Notes: a model not told the origin generated them from the sequence alone. 64,000 bases of DNA from Kofleriaceae bacterium (GCA_965215005.1 CBDCCZ010000006.1:1-64000), one strand, 5' to 3'. Shown: positions 20,308 through 31,877, counted from the first letter of the stretch. Numbers and translations: made by a program.

Positions 20308-21837
20308 CTAGAACAGCGCGCAGTTATAGGCTGTGGTTGCCAAGCCAGGATCGCCAGAGGCTCCGCCTGCGCCGCCAGAGCCAGGCTCGCCGGCGGTTAG
20401 CTCGGTTCTGGGAATCGTCACGTTGCTGTCGCCAATGCAGACCAGCGCGGCGCTGGGTCCGCCGCCGCCGCCGCCGCCAGAGCCGCCAGAGCCGCCGCTG
20501 CCACCGGAACCACCAGCTGCCCCCCTGCCACCATCATCCTGCTCGCCGCTGCCGCCATAGGCGCCACCCGGCCCGCCACTGCCGCCAGCACCGCCGACAC
20601 CACCGGAACCACCAGCGCCACCATCCCCACCGCCACCGCTCGCGATCGTCGAGCTGGAAATCTGGACTGTCGAGCTCACGACGTAAACACCAAAAGAGCC
20701 GCCACCACCTGCGCCCCCAGTACCACCCGTGCCGCCACACCCACCGCCGCCACCGCCACCACCGGAGGAGCCATAGGAATTGCAGTTCTTATCGCCACCA
20801 CCACCACCACCACCGCCGCCACCACCAGCTCCGGGTGCGCCGGCAGTCGCCGCACTGCCAGCCGCAGCTCGATATCCAGCACCGTCTGCGACTCCAAAGC
20901 CAACCCCGCCAATGCCGCCTGCGCCCACCGCGCCAGTCGCACCCGCGCTACCGACGCGACCGTCGGCGCTCCCACCACCGCCGAGGCCACCTGCCGTACC
21001 GCCACTACCCGCGCCGCCGCGCTCGCCTGCGGCGCCACCGAGCCCCGGCGCTCCACCGATGCCGCCGGGCATTCCACATTCACTAGCGCCACCAGCGCCT
21101 CCGGCGGGGCGAGCGCAGCTGCTGCAAAACAAGCCGCCATCCTCGCATCCCGATGTACCCATCAAACCCGACTCTCCGCTGCCACCCCGGACCCCATCGC
21201 TACCGGGACGGCCATCGGCGCCGCGACCGCTTTGCACCACCACATCCGACAGCACGAGCTCTACGCTATCGCGCACCCACACAGCAACCGAGCTGGTCCC
21301 GGCTTCGATGGCATCTGTGCTGCGCACCGTCATCCCGTCCACCGTGGTTGCAACGTCGAGCATTTCGGCACGCATCGCGATCGGCCCCGCCACCACTTCG
21401 GTCGTATGAACGGCCGGATCCCGCTGCCAATCGCTGGCAGCGGCAAAGCCGCCGTAGAGCGAGACTCCGCCTATGAGCAGCACTTCTTCCTCATAGCTGC
21501 CCATCGCTATGAACACTGCCTTGGGCGGGGTACTGGTCGCCGCTTTGGCGATTGCCGCGGTGATCGTCGCCAGCGGCGCCTCCGCCGTGCCCGCTGCCGA
21601 ATCCGAGCCGCTCGCCTGATCGACGTAGATGGCCTCGCATGGCAGCAGACCGCAATTCGGCTCGACCTCCGAAGCGTCACTCGCATCCGCAGGAGTGGGC
21701 ATTGTTTCTGGCGCCGCATCCACCGCGCCGACCCCATCACCATCTCGCATGGCCTCCCCAGAGCCCGATGCGCATGCGGCGACGACGACAAATAAAGCGA
21801 ACAGAAGGTAGTTGGTCAGGCGACCGTAAACAGACAT
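20308..21837 (-). CDS. Gly-rich PGRS-like lipoprotein with DUF1565-like N-terminus
   Basis: VAAC lipobox; IYVD..SGSD...GT..APLATI..AI motif; long Gly repeats. Confidence 0.8.
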   Translation of the reverse strand: MSVYGRLTNYLLFALFVVVAACASGSGEAMRDGDGVGAVDAAPETMPTPADASDASEVEPNCGLLPCEAIYVDQASGSDSAAGTAEAPLATITAAIAKAATSTPPKAVFIAMGSYEEEVLLIGGVSLYGGFAAASDWQRDPAVHTTEVVAGPIAMRAEMLDVATTVDGMTVRSTDAIEAGTSSVAVWVRDSVELVLSDVVVQSGRGADGRPGSDGVRGGSGESGLMGTSGCEDGGLFCSSCARPAGGAGGASECGMPGGIGGAPGLGGAAGERGGAGSGGTAGGLGGGGSADGRVGSAGATGAVGAGGIGGVGFGVADGAGYRAAAGSAATAGAPGAGGGGGGGGGGGDKNCNSYGSSGGGGGGGGCGGTGGTGGAGGGGSFGVYVVSSTVQISSSTIASGGGGDGGAGGSGGVGGAGGSGGPGGAYGGSGEQDDGGRGAAGGSGGSGGSGGSGGGGGGGPSAALVCIGDSNVTIPRTELTAGEPGSGGAGGASGDPGLATTAYNCALF

Positions 21838-22035
21838 CGAGCCCCCCATCTGGCGCATCATACTAAAAGTAGACGCTACTGGATGAACCAATCACCGATC
21901 CCACACGATTTCAGCAATCGATGCATCCGTTCCCGACCCACCATGAGTCGCTGCAAGAGTTGCGTATGCGCTGCAACGCAGTCGACACTCGCGGTGGCCG
22001 CCGCGGCAGTGATCGGCGCAACGAGGAGATAGCCA

Positions 22036-22965
22036 ATGAAGCTCCAAAAGATCGTCGTAGGCATGGATTTCTCGCATGAGTCCGAAGTGGCACTTGCTCA
22101 CGCCGCCGACCTTGCTCGCTATCGAGGTGCCGCGCTAACGCTCGTACATGTAGGAGCGGTTCCCGCTCAACCCTATGGTGTACCGGAGTCGATGAGCACC
22201 GCTCTGGGCGAATATCAAAAAATCGTTTCCGAGCACCTCTCCGAGGATCGCGAGCAGCTAGCAGCCCTTCGCGAGAAGGTCTCGGGTCATGGGCTCGACG
22301 TCTCGCAGGTCATCGTCGATGGATTGCCGGATACCGGCATCGTCGAAGCTGCAGAGGAGCTGCAAGCGGATTTGGTAGTGACGGGCAGCCACGGCCGCAC
22401 CGGGCTCAAGCGGTTCTTTCTCGGCAGCACCGCCGAGAAAGTCGTCCGAACGAGCCACGCCGACGTGCTGGTAGCGCGTGCTGGCGGCAACTCAGCGGGA
22501 GGATTTCATCGACTTCTGGTGGCGGTTGATTTTTCCGACGTCACCGATCGAGTCATGCAAGCAGCTCTCGAAGTAGCAGCCAAGGAAGCAGAGATAGACA
22601 TACTCCACTGCTGGCAGCTACCGCCGATGTCCTATAGCTACTTTGCGCCGACGAAAGCCGCTTCAGAGCTCATCAAGCCCATTCGCGACTCCATGAGCGA
22701 AACCACTCGAGAACATGGCGACGAGCTGCTCGCGCGGTATGCCCGCCCCGGCACCACCATGCGGTTTCTCAATGAGGAAGCTGCGCCCACCGCGGGCATT
22801 CAAGACCAGCTAGAACAGACCGCCTATGATCTGGTGGTGACCGGCAGCCATGGCTATCAAGGGCTGCGCCGCTTCGTGCTCGGCAGCGTCGCCGAGATCA
22901 CCGTGCGACACTCCGCGTGCTCGGTACTGGTCGTCAAACACCCAACAGGCGAAGCCAGCGCCTGA
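22036..22965 (+). CDS. tandem universal stress protein
   Basis: Two USP domains (IVVGMDFS...GSHGRTG...LGSTAEKV; LVAVDFS...GSHG...LGSVAE). Confidence 0.95.
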   Translation: MKLQKIVVGMDFSHESEVALAHAADLARYRGAALTLVHVGAVPAQPYGVPESMSTALGEYQKIVSEHLSEDREQLAALREKVSGHGLDVSQVIVDGLPDTGIVEAAEELQADLVVTGSHGRTGLKRFFLGSTAEKVVRTSHADVLVARAGGNSAGGFHRLLVAVDFSDVTDRVMQAALEVAAKEAEIDILHCWQLPPMSYSYFAPTKAASELIKPIRDSMSETTREHGDELLARYARPGTTMRFLNEEAAPTAGIQDQLEQTAYDLVVTGSHGYQGLRRFVLGSVAEITVRHSACSVLVVKHPTGEASA

Positions 22966-23853
22966 TCACAACGGCTCGGGCGCATCGTCGTGCGGCTCCA
23001 TGTGCACGACGACGTCCACGAGTGCGGGAAACGCCTCCCGCAAGGCATCCTCGGCACGATGCGCAAGCTCATGCGCTTGGCGCAAGCTCAAGTCTGCATA
23101 CAAGAGAATGTGCAGATCCAGGTGCGCGGCGGTCTCCGGTCCGCGAGACCGCACTCGATGACAGCCGCGCACCCCCGGCACTGCCATCACCACGCGTCGA
23201 ACCTCGTCCGCAGGCACGACCGCGGCATCGACCAGCACCGCCACGTTTCCCGCCAAGATGCCCCATGCGACGCGCCCCACCATCAACAACACCACGAACG
23301 CCCCGATGGGATCTGCCCAGCCGATGCCGAAGTGCGCGGCGGTGAACGCGAGCAGAACCGCTGCCGTGACTAATACATCCGAAGCCGTGTGAGCAGCGTC
23401 GGCCGCCAGATAGACACTATCGAGTTGTTTGGCCTTGCGTCCCTCGTAGGCGGCGACGAAAACGTTGATTATCCACGTCCCTATAATGATAACGAAGCCG
23501 GCAAGCGACGTCGTTGGCGCCGGCCGCCCCCATAGCAGCGCCTCGGCTGCAGCCCAGCCAAAACGCAGCGCAGCCACGCCGATGACCACGCCAATCAGCG
23601 CCGCCGCCACCACCTCGTGCTTGCGGTGACCATAGGGATGCTGTGAATCCGGCGGCCGCGCCGCCGCTCCAACCACCAACAACCCAATCACGTTGCTGAC
23701 TGCGTCGACGAGGGAATGCACCGCGTCAGAGGCGATCGCCAGCGATCCAGACCATGCACCATAAATCGCCTTCGCCGCGGCGACTAGGAGATTTAGTGCC
23801 AGCGTGACCCAAAGAACCCGCTTAACCGCGTCCGTTCGCTTCGCCAGGTTCAT
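22966..23853 (-). CDS. cation diffusion facilitator (FieF-like)
   Basis: SDAVHSLVD, HPYGH, ADAAHTASD, C-terminal VHMEP. Confidence 0.93.
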   Translation of the reverse strand: MNLAKRTDAVKRVLWVTLALNLLVAAAKAIYGAWSGSLAIASDAVHSLVDAVSNVIGLLVVGAAARPPDSQHPYGHRKHEVVAAALIGVVIGVAALRFGWAAAEALLWGRPAPTTSLAGFVIIIGTWIINVFVAAYEGRKAKQLDSVYLAADAAHTASDVLVTAAVLLAFTAAHFGIGWADPIGAFVVLLMVGRVAWGILAGNVAVLVDAAVVPADEVRRVVMAVPGVRGCHRVRSRGPETAAHLDLHILLYADLSLRQAHELAHRAEDALREAFPALVDVVVHMEPHDDAPEPL

Positions 23854-23984
23854 GTTCGGATGATGGATACCACAGCACCGCGCCGCCGCTGCTTCGTGAC
23901 GAGCGCGAAAAACCGGCCAACCTGGAACCGCTTTCTCTGCACACGGGGCGAAAACCGCAAACAATGAGAGCAAGGAGGCTAGCC

Positions 23985-24422
23985 ATGCTCAGAGTTCGCG
24001 ACCTGATGACCAAGCAAGTGGTGTCTTTAGCGATCGACGCGACCGTGCAGCAAGCCAAGTGGAGCTTCTGTCATCACAACATCAGCGGGGCTCCCGTTCG
24101 CGACGATCATGGTCGCGTCGTCGGCATCCTGTCGAAGAGCAACCTGGTGGACCCGATGCGGGATGAGGAGCTCGACCCAGACACTCCGATAGCCGAGCTG
24201 ATGACCGCAGCCGTTTACGCCGTGCATCCCGACGAACCCGCAATCGAGGCAGCGCGATGTTTAGTGGATAACCACCTGCATCGCGTCTTGGTGATGCGCA
24301 ATCCCGGCGAGGTAGAGGGCATCATCACAAGCTACGACGTGTTGCTGGCGGTGGTGAACGGCGGCGCGCTGGCGCCCAGCGGGGAAACCGACGACCGTGA
24401 AGCGGCCACGCGATTGAGCTAG
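23985..24422 (+). CDS. CBS-pair protein
   Basis: VRDLMT..V, ISGAPV.D, GIITSYD; GGAGG ribosome-binding site. Confidence 0.9.
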   Translation: MLRVRDLMTKQVVSLAIDATVQQAKWSFCHHNISGAPVRDDHGRVVGILSKSNLVDPMRDEELDPDTPIAELMTAAVYAVHPDEPAIEAARCLVDNHLHRVLVMRNPGEVEGIITSYDVLLAVVNGGALAPSGETDDREAATRLS

Positions 24423-24434
24423 CCCAACGCGACC

Positions 24435-25160
24435 TCAGCGGGCGAGCGTGAAGCTGGTACGAACTTGCGCCACCAACTTCGAAACCAAGCGCTCACGCTC
24501 GCTGCTGTCGATGACCGCAGCGGCTCGAAAGCGCAGCTCGCGATAGGCGAGGATCTTGCGCAGCATGGGGGTCTGCTCTTGCGGTAGGGAAACGAGGTCG
24601 CATAAACGGCGGCGAACGTCGGCGGCCGCCTCGACCCAGACCACGGTCTCACGAGCGCCCGCGCCGCCTCGCAGAATGGCAAACACCCCCGCGGCGGCGG
24701 GGGCGGAGCGGGTCCGCTCGAGCTCGAGAACGCTGTCGTCGCTCCACAGCACGCCGGTATCCGGATCGTAATGTGGAAACGTCGCGGGGTGCGGAGCGGG
24801 CATTCCGAGAAGCCCGCGGACGATGTCGATGGCCGACACGACGCCCACCGGCTGGCCATCCGTTTCGACCACTAAGCGATGATGACCGCTCTCGCCGAGG
24901 ACCCGGCCCGCCTCGGCGATAGTGCTGGTCGCGGGGATGGTGCCCACAACTAGGCTCATCCGATCGCCCACGCACCGACCCTGCCGATCGGCGAGCAAAT
25001 CGCGGAGAGACACCATGCCGAGCAACGCACCCGCTGCGTCGACCACTGGAGCCCCGCCGACGCCAAGCGCCAACACGTAGCCAAGTGCATCTTCTACGGT
25101 TTCTTCAGGGCGAAGCGTAAACAGCTCGCGGTTCATGATCTCTGCAACCGAGGTCGCCAT
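24435..25160 (-). CDS. CBS-pair protein with GIY-YIG-like C-terminal domain
   Basis: N-terminal CBS pair (VAEIMN, GAPVVD, GVVSAID); C-terminal AP...GVFAI...VVWVE.A.DVRRRL. Confidence 0.8.
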   Translation of the reverse strand: MATSVAEIMNRELFTLRPEETVEDALGYVLALGVGGAPVVDAAGALLGMVSLRDLLADRQGRCVGDRMSLVVGTIPATSTIAEAGRVLGESGHHRLVVETDGQPVGVVSAIDIVRGLLGMPAPHPATFPHYDPDTGVLWSDDSVLELERTRSAPAAAGVFAILRGGAGARETVVWVEAAADVRRRLCDLVSLPQEQTPMLRKILAYRELRFRAAAVIDSSERERLVSKLVAQVRTSFTLAR

Positions 25161-25269
25161 TCGCTCTCCCGCTGATGGTCTAAAGACAGAGTACGCCGGC
25201 ACGCGTGGAGTCGCCAGCGAGGATCCCCAACCCTGGCGGGAAGCGGAAGAAGTGCCACCAGCACGAGCG

Positions 25270-27708
25270 TTACAGCCACAATTGCAGCGCTTCGCAAAGA
25301 CGGGCAAAGGAGCGCTGCCAGCTCGCGGCGTGCTCGTCACCGTCGGCGGCGGCGCGCGCCATGCTCGCACTCATCGCGGTTTTGAGCTTGTACGACTGGT
25401 TTTGCAGGTGCCAGAGGTCGAGGAGCGCATAACGGTGAGTGTGTTCTTGAGCGAGCTCCAGGAACCGCACCAGGTGCTCGAGCCGCTGCAGGGCCGCTGG
25501 CTCGGCAATTAGCGCGTCGACCGCGCGCTCCAGAGCCCGCTGCCAGCCGTCTGCGGACGCTCGCACCGACTCTAGGCCCAGCACCCTGGCCTCTTCGAGT
25601 GCCTCGCGCACCGCCGAAAGCTCGACCTGCGCACTGCTGAGAACGCGCTCGAGATGCGATTTCATGACAACGCTGGCCGCGTTTGTGAGCACGTCGGGAA
25701 CCGGCACCTGCGCGTGCACCAGATAGCGAATCAGCGGCCGATTGCGCTGATACAGGCGCTCTTGCGTTGCCACGGCGTCGGCCAGCGGCTCGGCCAGCAT
25801 GCCGTGCAAGACGCGCTCGTCGTCATCGCGGAGAAGCGACTGCAACGCGTTAGTCGCTTCTCCGAAGTGGCGGTCGATGAGGCGTTGGCAGGTGTGAAAA
25901 TCGGCACGATCGAAGGCTTCGGTCAGCGCGGCGCACACGCGCTCGTAGCCGTCGCGATCAGCGCTCGTGGCTGCTCCTACGGTGAGGTTGTTCGCGCCGA
26001 GGTGCAGCGCCGCATAACTCGCCGTAGTCGTCTCGGTCGTGACTCGCGAGGTGGCAGTGACGATGCCAACTGCCAGCTTAGCGCCACCAGCAGCCCTGCG
26101 CGTGAGCGCCTCGCGATGCAGCTGGTACCCGGCGACGTCGGCGTCGGCGTCGAAGACGGTGGCCACGGCGTGACGCTCGACGAGCACGCGCGAGTCCACC
26201 CGAGAGGCCCGCGCACGTGTCGCATACACATCGGCACCCGTGCCTTCATGGGGCTGATTGCTGCGCGCATGCGCGAGCAGCTCGAGCAGTGCGGGCTCGA
26301 TGGGCTGGTGGCCCAGACGCTCGCCCAACTCAACCGCTCGCGCCAGATAGCGGAGAATCTGCACCGTCTCGAGGCCGGCGATATCGTCGAAAAACCACCC
26401 GCAGCTGGTGTACATGAGCATCGCGTTGCGCTGCATCTCGAGGAGCTCGAGAATCTTCTGCCGCTTGCATGCGTTGAGCTCACCGCGCGCATAGCTCGCA
26501 AAAAATTCTTCCAGGCGCTCGGGGGAGCGCTCGAGGATGACATCGATATAACCGTCGCGCGCGGCCCATGGATCGTGTAGCAGCGATGCGCCCTCCTCCT
26601 CGAACACCCGCGCTAGAACTCCACGAGCCCAATCGAGAGTATCGCGCAGTGGCCGTCTCCAGCGCTGCTGCCAATCGGGATGCGCGCCGCTGTGACAACC
26701 ACAATCGTCCTGCCAACGGTCGAGGCCATGAGCGCAGCTCCAGGCGCTGTTCTCGACGATGTCGGCCTCCAGTTGCGCCGGGGCGATGGTTCGATACTGC
26801 GCGTAGTTGCTGAGCCGAGCGGCGCCGCTCGCTTCGAGGTGATGGAGCGCGTAGGCCAGCGCCATCTCCCCATGTCGATGATGATGACCGTAGCTCTCGC
26901 CGTCGGTGGCGATGTGCACGAGCATCGGCTCGCTGCCCACCGACCGCGCGAGTAGGCGCTCAGCGAAGCGCGCACCGTCGGCGAGCAGACCCTCGAATGC
27001 CACCGCTTGCGAGCCCGGGCCGTCGTAGAAGAACACGTCGATCGCGCGGTCTTGTGCGAGCCGCACGCGATAGGTTCGAGTGGAATCGACATGGCCGCCA
27101 CCGACGTCTTGCCATGGCGCTGCTCGCTCCAGAGGTCGCACCCGCGCGGCCTGTGACGGCGCAAGAATGGTGAACCCGATGCCGTTGGCCGCGAGCACGT
27201 CCAATGTCTCGCGGCACACCGCTGTCTCCGGCAGCCACATGCCCTCGGGCCGGCGGCCAAATCGATACACGAAGTCGGCGACGCCCCAGCGAACCTGCGT
27301 TTGCTTATCGCGAAGATTGGCCAGCGGCATGATGAGGTGGTTGTAGGCTTGTGCGAGAGCCGAGCCGTGGCCACCAAAGCGCTGCGCGCTGTGTTGATCT
27401 GCCTGGAGGATCGCCTCGTAGACGTCGGCCGCGTGGGTTTCCAGCCACGACAGCAGTGTCGGACCGAAGTTGAAGCTGATGGCAGCGTAGTTGTTGACGA
27501 TGCGGCGAATCAGCCCGCCGCCATCGACGATGCGCGCCGCCGCGTTGGCGCGATAGCACTCGGCGGTGATGCGCGCATTCCAGTTCGGGTACGGGTGCGC
27601 GCTGTCTTGGCGTTCGATGGCTTCGAGCCACGGGTTCTCGCGTGGCGGCTGGTAGAAGTGGCCATGAACGCAGACGTAGCGGTGTGGAGCGGAGTGGGAG
27701 TCGTTCAT
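25270..27708 (-). CDS. glycoside hydrolase family 57 / DUF3536 protein
   Basis: HGHFYQPPRENPW, SFNFGPTL, GMWLPET, ATDGESYGHH, MYTSCGWFFD. Confidence 0.9.
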   Translation of the reverse strand: MNDSHSAPHRYVCVHGHFYQPPRENPWLEAIERQDSAHPYPNWNARITAECYRANAAARIVDGGGLIRRIVNNYAAISFNFGPTLLSWLETHAADVYEAILQADQHSAQRFGGHGSALAQAYNHLIMPLANLRDKQTQVRWGVADFVYRFGRRPEGMWLPETAVCRETLDVLAANGIGFTILAPSQAARVRPLERAAPWQDVGGGHVDSTRTYRVRLAQDRAIDVFFYDGPGSQAVAFEGLLADGARFAERLLARSVGSEPMLVHIATDGESYGHHHRHGEMALAYALHHLEASGAARLSNYAQYRTIAPAQLEADIVENSAWSCAHGLDRWQDDCGCHSGAHPDWQQRWRRPLRDTLDWARGVLARVFEEEGASLLHDPWAARDGYIDVILERSPERLEEFFASYARGELNACKRQKILELLEMQRNAMLMYTSCGWFFDDIAGLETVQILRYLARAVELGERLGHQPIEPALLELLAHARSNQPHEGTGADVYATRARASRVDSRVLVERHAVATVFDADADVAGYQLHREALTRRAAGGAKLAVGIVTATSRVTTETTTASYAALHLGANNLTVGAATSADRDGYERVCAALTEAFDRADFHTCQRLIDRHFGEATNALQSLLRDDDERVLHGMLAEPLADAVATQERLYQRNRPLIRYLVHAQVPVPDVLTNAASVVMKSHLERVLSSAQVELSAVREALEEARVLGLESVRASADGWQRALERAVDALIAEPAALQRLEHLVRFLELAQEHTHRYALLDLWHLQNQSYKLKTAMSASMARAAADGDEHAASWQRSFARLCEALQLWL

Positions 27709-27941
27709 GGACGGCTTAGCGACGGCGAAAGTGACGCAACGAGGAGAAGATCCCGGTGATCATTGTATGGAGGCGGTCAGCGCGTCAAACCCGGAGGGCG
27801 CGGCGGCGACGTAGGTGCCGCACTTGCCAATCCAGTAAAACGGTATTACCGGAAACAAATCGTTGCCGAAGACGCCGCAGCGCCTGCTCGTGGAGCATGA
27901 CGGTGTCGGCCGGCGCATCCTATATCGGTTGGAGACCACTC

Positions 27942-30530
27942 ATGCGAATCGACCGTCTTACAGTCAAATCACGTGAAGCCCTGGCCGAGGCCGATTCTAT
28001 CGCCAGGCGCAAGGGCAACCAAGAAGTCACTGCACTGCATCTTCTGGCAGCACTGCTCGCGCAGGAAGATGGCTTGGTGCCGCCATTGGTCGAGAAAACC
28101 GGAGTCGGCGTCGCTCGCCTCTCGAGCGCGACCGAGACGGCAATCGACCGAAGGCCTAAGGTCTCCGGCGGCGATACCTATCTCGGTGGCGATCTGAAGC
28201 AGCTATTGGACGCGGGACAACGCGAAGCCGATGCTCTCAAAGATGAGTACGTCTCCACGGAACACCTGCTGTTGGCGATGTCGGAGAGCAAGGGTGACGC
28301 CGGCAAGCTCCTGGCGCAACACGGCGTCACCGCCGATGTCATCCGCGCCGCTTTGATTGATATCCGCGGCAGTCAACGGGTCACTGATCCCGACCCCGAA
28401 GGCAAGTATCAAGCGTTGCAGCGCTACACCACCGACCTCACCGAGTTGGCCCGGCGCGGCAAGCTCGATCCGGTTATCGGCCGCGACGAAGAGATCCGCC
28501 GCGCCATGCAAGTACTTTCGCGACGCACCAAGAACAACCCGGTCCTCATCGGGGAACCAGGCGTGGGCAAGACCGCAATCGTGGAAGGCATCGCCGGCCG
28601 CATCGAGGTAGGCGACGTTCCCGAAAGCCTGCGCGGCAAGCGTGTGCTGTCACTCGACCTCGGCGCGTTGGTGGCGGGTGCCAAATATCGCGGCGAGTTC
28701 GAAGATCGTCTCAAAGCCGTGCTCAAGGAAATCACCGCCTCAGAAGGTGAGATCATCCTGTTCATCGATGAGCTCCACACTCTCGTCGGTGCCGGCGCCG
28801 CCGAAGGCGCGCAGGATGCCGCCAATATGCTCAAGCCGGCGCTGGCGCGCGGGCAGCTCCGCTGCATTGGCGCCACCACGCTCGACGAATACCGCAAGCA
28901 TGTCGAAAAGGACAAAGCGCTCGAGCGACGCTTTCAGCCGGTGGTCGTCGGTGAGCCGTCGGTAGAAGACACGATCGCCATCTTGCGCGGCCTCAAAGAG
29001 CGCTACGAAGTTCACCACGGCATTCGCATCCAAGATGCCGCACTCGTTAGCGCCGCCAAGCTCTCCGACCGCTACATCAGCGACCGCTTTCTTCCCGACA
29101 AAGCCATCGACCTCGTCGATGAGGCCGCCAGTCGCCTAAAGATGGAGATCGAGAGCGTTCCAGCGGCCATCGACGACTTGCAGCGCGAGCTCACGCGACT
29201 GCAGATCGAGCATCAGGCGATGAAGCTCGAGAAGAGCCGTGAATCGAAAGCACGAGCCAAAGAGCTTCAGCAGATCATCGCCGATCGACAAGAAGAGATC
29301 GGTGCGCTGATGGCGCGGTGGAAGGAGCAGCGCGCGTTGGTGGTGCGCTCGCGCGAGCTCAATGAAGAGCAGGACTCGCTGCGGACCCAGGCGGAGAAAG
29401 CCCAGCGTGAGGGCGACTACCAGCGCGCTGCAGAGCTCACCTATGGACGCATTCCAGAGCTGGAAAAGCAGCTCCATCACGTTCAGCAGGAGCTGGCGGC
29501 AAGTCAGGAGAAGGGCAGCTTTCTGCGCGAAGAAGTCACTGACGAAGACGTCGCTTCGGTGGTTTCGCGATGGACGAAGATTCCCATCGAGAAGATGCTA
29601 GAGGCCGAAAGCGAGCGGCTGTTGCACATGGAGGAGCGGCTGCGCCAGCGCGTGGTTGGCCAGGATGAGGCCGTACAGCGTGTCGCCCGTTCCATACGCT
29701 TGGCGCGCGCGGGTCTGCAGGATCCCAACCGGCCGATCGGGTCGTTCCTGTTCCTTGGCCCCACCGGGGTTGGCAAGACTGAGCTGGCGCGAGCGCTTGC
29801 CGAGTTCCTCTTCGACGATGAGCACAACATGGTGCGCATCGACATGTCGGAGTACATGGAGAAGCACGCGGTGAGCCGACTCATCGGTGCGCCTCCGGGA
29901 TACGTGGGGTATGACGAGGGCGGGCAGCTCACCGAGGCCATCCGGCGTCGACCCTACAGCGTCGTGCTCCTCGATGAGATCGAGAAGGCCCATCAGGACG
30001 TCTTCAACGTGCTCTTGCAGGTCCTCGACGATGGCCGCTTGACCGATGGTCAAGGACGCACGGTGGACTTCCGCAACACGATTCTAATTATGACGAGCAA
30101 CGTCGGGTCGCAGTACATGCTCGAGGAGCGTGAGCCGGAGCAGATACGGAAGTTGGCGATGGATGCATTGCGGCAGACGTTTCGTCCCGAGTTCCTAAAC
30201 CGCATCGATGCCATCCTCACGTTCAGCAGGCTGCGCGAGGAACAAGTTCGCGGCATCGTCGACTTGCAGCTTGAGCGCGTCGCGCCGCTCCTGGCGCAAC
30301 GCGAGCTGACGCTCGAGCTCACTGAAGCGGCCAAGGATCGTCTCGCAGAGCTTGGCTATGATCCTGCTTACGGCGCGCGGCCCATCAAACGGGTCATTCG
30401 CGAGCACGTCCTGGAACCACTATCTGAGAGGCTCATCGCTGGGAAGATTCGTTCCGGCGACAAAGTAGTGGTCGATCGGCAGGGCGATGACTTGATTTTG
30501 CGCGCCGAGGCTGGGCAGGCTGCCGCCTAG
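27942..30530 (+). CDS. clpB: ATP-dependent chaperone ClpB
   Basis: Two AAA domains ([16 protein letters not shown]), coiled-coil middle domain, GAPPGYVGY. Confidence 0.97.
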   Translation: MRIDRLTVKSREALAEADSIARRKGNQEVTALHLLAALLAQEDGLVPPLVEKTGVGVARLSSATETAIDRRPKVSGGDTYLGGDLKQLLDAGQREADALKDEYVSTEHLLLAMSESKGDAGKLLAQHGVTADVIRAALIDIRGSQRVTDPDPEGKYQALQRYTTDLTELARRGKLDPVIGRDEEIRRAMQVLSRRTKNNPVLIGEPGVGKTAIVEGIAGRIEVGDVPESLRGKRVLSLDLGALVAGAKYRGEFEDRLKAVLKEITASEGEIILFIDELHTLVGAGAAEGAQDAANMLKPALARGQLRCIGATTLDEYRKHVEKDKALERRFQPVVVGEPSVEDTIAILRGLKERYEVHHGIRIQDAALVSAAKLSDRYISDRFLPDKAIDLVDEAASRLKMEIESVPAAIDDLQRELTRLQIEHQAMKLEKSRESKARAKELQQIIADRQEEIGALMARWKEQRALVVRSRELNEEQDSLRTQAEKAQREGDYQRAAELTYGRIPELEKQLHHVQQELAASQEKGSFLREEVTDEDVASVVSRWTKIPIEKMLEAESERLLHMEERLRQRVVGQDEAVQRVARSIRLARAGLQDPNRPIGSFLFLGPTGVGKTELARALAEFLFDDEHNMVRIDMSEYMEKHAVSRLIGAPPGYVGYDEGGQLTEAIRRRPYSVVLLDEIEKAHQDVFNVLLQVLDDGRLTDGQGRTVDFRNTILIMTSNVGSQYMLEEREPEQIRKLAMDALRQTFRPEFLNRIDAILTFSRLREEQVRGIVDLQLERVAPLLAQRELTLELTEAAKDRLAELGYDPAYGARPIKRVIREHVLEPLSERLIAGKIRSGDKVVVDRQGDDLILRAEAGQAAA

Positions 30531-30565
30531 GCAGCTCAATCAAAAGAGGTTGTCGGAGGTAATAC

Positions 30566-31501
30566 GTGGCCGACGGTAAGGGTAAAGATTTTTACGAGGT
30601 GCTCGGCGTAACGAAGAGCTCGTCCGAAGACGACATTCGCCGCGCCTATCGCAAGCTCGCGCGGAAGTTCCACCCGGACGTCAACCCCGGCGACCGGCAG
30701 GCAGAAGATTCGTTCAAACGCGTTGCGGCCGCGTATGACGTCCTCGGCGATGCCGATAAGCGCAAAGCCTACGACGAGTTTGGCGAAGAATCGCTCAAAG
30801 GCGGATTCGACCCCGAAAAAGCGCGCGCCTATCAGCAGTGGAAGACGGGACGCGAGCAAACCGGGCGGCCTTTCGAGAATGAAGCCTTCGAGTTCAATCT
30901 CGAGGATCTGTTCGGCGGGGCAGGCTTTGGCGGGTTCGCCGGCGCGGGTGGTCGTCGGCGAACGAGCCGAGGCCAGGATATTCTCGCGGTTGCCGAGCTC
31001 GACCTGGCGCAGGTGGTGAGCGGCACTGAGGTCTCGGTAGACGTTCCGGGTCAAGGGCCGACCAAGATTCGAATCCCTCCGGGTGCAGAGGATGGCTCTA
31101 CGCTGCGCATCAAGGGCAAAGGCGCGCCAGCACCAGCAGGAGGCGCCGCAGGCGATTTAGTAATCGAGACGCGCGTACGGCCGCATCCGTTCGTCGAGCG
31201 CGACGGTCTCGATTTGGTGGTCAAAGTGCCCGTCACCCTCGACGAGGCGTACAACGGCGGCGCTATCGAAGTGCCGCTATTTGGCGGCGGTTCGGTGAAG
31301 GTCAAGGTGCCGCCGAGGTCGCAGCCAGGAACCCGGCTGCGGCTGCGCGGCAAGGGCATCGAGCGCAAGAGCAAGAAGGGCGATCTATACGTGCACCTCG
31401 ACGTGCGCCTGCCGGACAAGTCTGATGAGCAGCTCGCCGCGGCACTTCGTGAGGCAGCACGCGCGTATCAACGCCCTGTACGGGAAGGGCTACGTCTATG
31501 A
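30566..31501 (+). CDS. cbpA: class II J-domain co-chaperone (CbpA-like)
   Basis: J domain with HPD, G/F region, no Cys zinc finger; coupled to a cbpM-like gene. Confidence 0.85.
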   Translation: MADGKGKDFYEVLGVTKSSSEDDIRRAYRKLARKFHPDVNPGDRQAEDSFKRVAAAYDVLGDADKRKAYDEFGEESLKGGFDPEKARAYQQWKTGREQTGRPFENEAFEFNLEDLFGGAGFGGFAGAGGRRRTSRGQDILAVAELDLAQVVSGTEVSVDVPGQGPTKIRIPPGAEDGSTLRIKGKGAPAPAGGAAGDLVIETRVRPHPFVERDGLDLVVKVPVTLDEAYNGGAIEVPLFGGGSVKVKVPPRSQPGTRLRLRGKGIERKSKKGDLYVHLDVRLPDKSDEQLAAALREAARAYQRPVREGLRL

Positions 31502-31788
31502 ATCGGCACCAAAGGATGACTCTCGCCTCGCTGCTCGAGCTCATCGAGCACGATGAGGACCTGCTCGATTCGCTCGAGTCGCAGGGCCTCATCGAGCGCG
31601 GCACCGACGAGACCTACGAGCCTGTGATGGTCGAGCGGGTGCTGGTTTGCCGCACGTTGGTCCGCGAGATGGAGATCAACTGGGCGGGCGTGGAGGTGGT
31701 GCTGCACATGCGCGAGGAGCTGCTCGCCACCCGTGACGCGGTCGCTGAGCTGGTCCGCCGCCTGCGCGCCGCTGAAGCGAGCCACTAG
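31498..31788 (+). CDS. cbpM: chaperone modulator CbpM-like (MerR-type HTH)
   Basis: ATGA overlap with the J-protein gene; L..EMEINWAGVEVVL motif. Confidence 0.8.
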   Translation: MNRHQRMTLASLLELIEHDEDLLDSLESQGLIERGTDETYEPVMVERVLVCRTLVREMEINWAGVEVVLHMREELLATRDAVAELVRRLRAAEASH

Positions 31789-31877
31789 CGCGGCAATTGT
31801 TCGCATCCGAGTAGTGGCCGCCGAGTCGGCGTCTCCCTCGGCGCGGGTGGTTCGATTCCGACCCTGGCCGGGAATCA

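Noticed and set aside
27710..27941. CIRCE or sigma32 promoter before clpB
   Set aside because: No TTAGCACTC-N9-GAGTGCTAA; CCTATAT is present but without a convincing -35 at proper spacing
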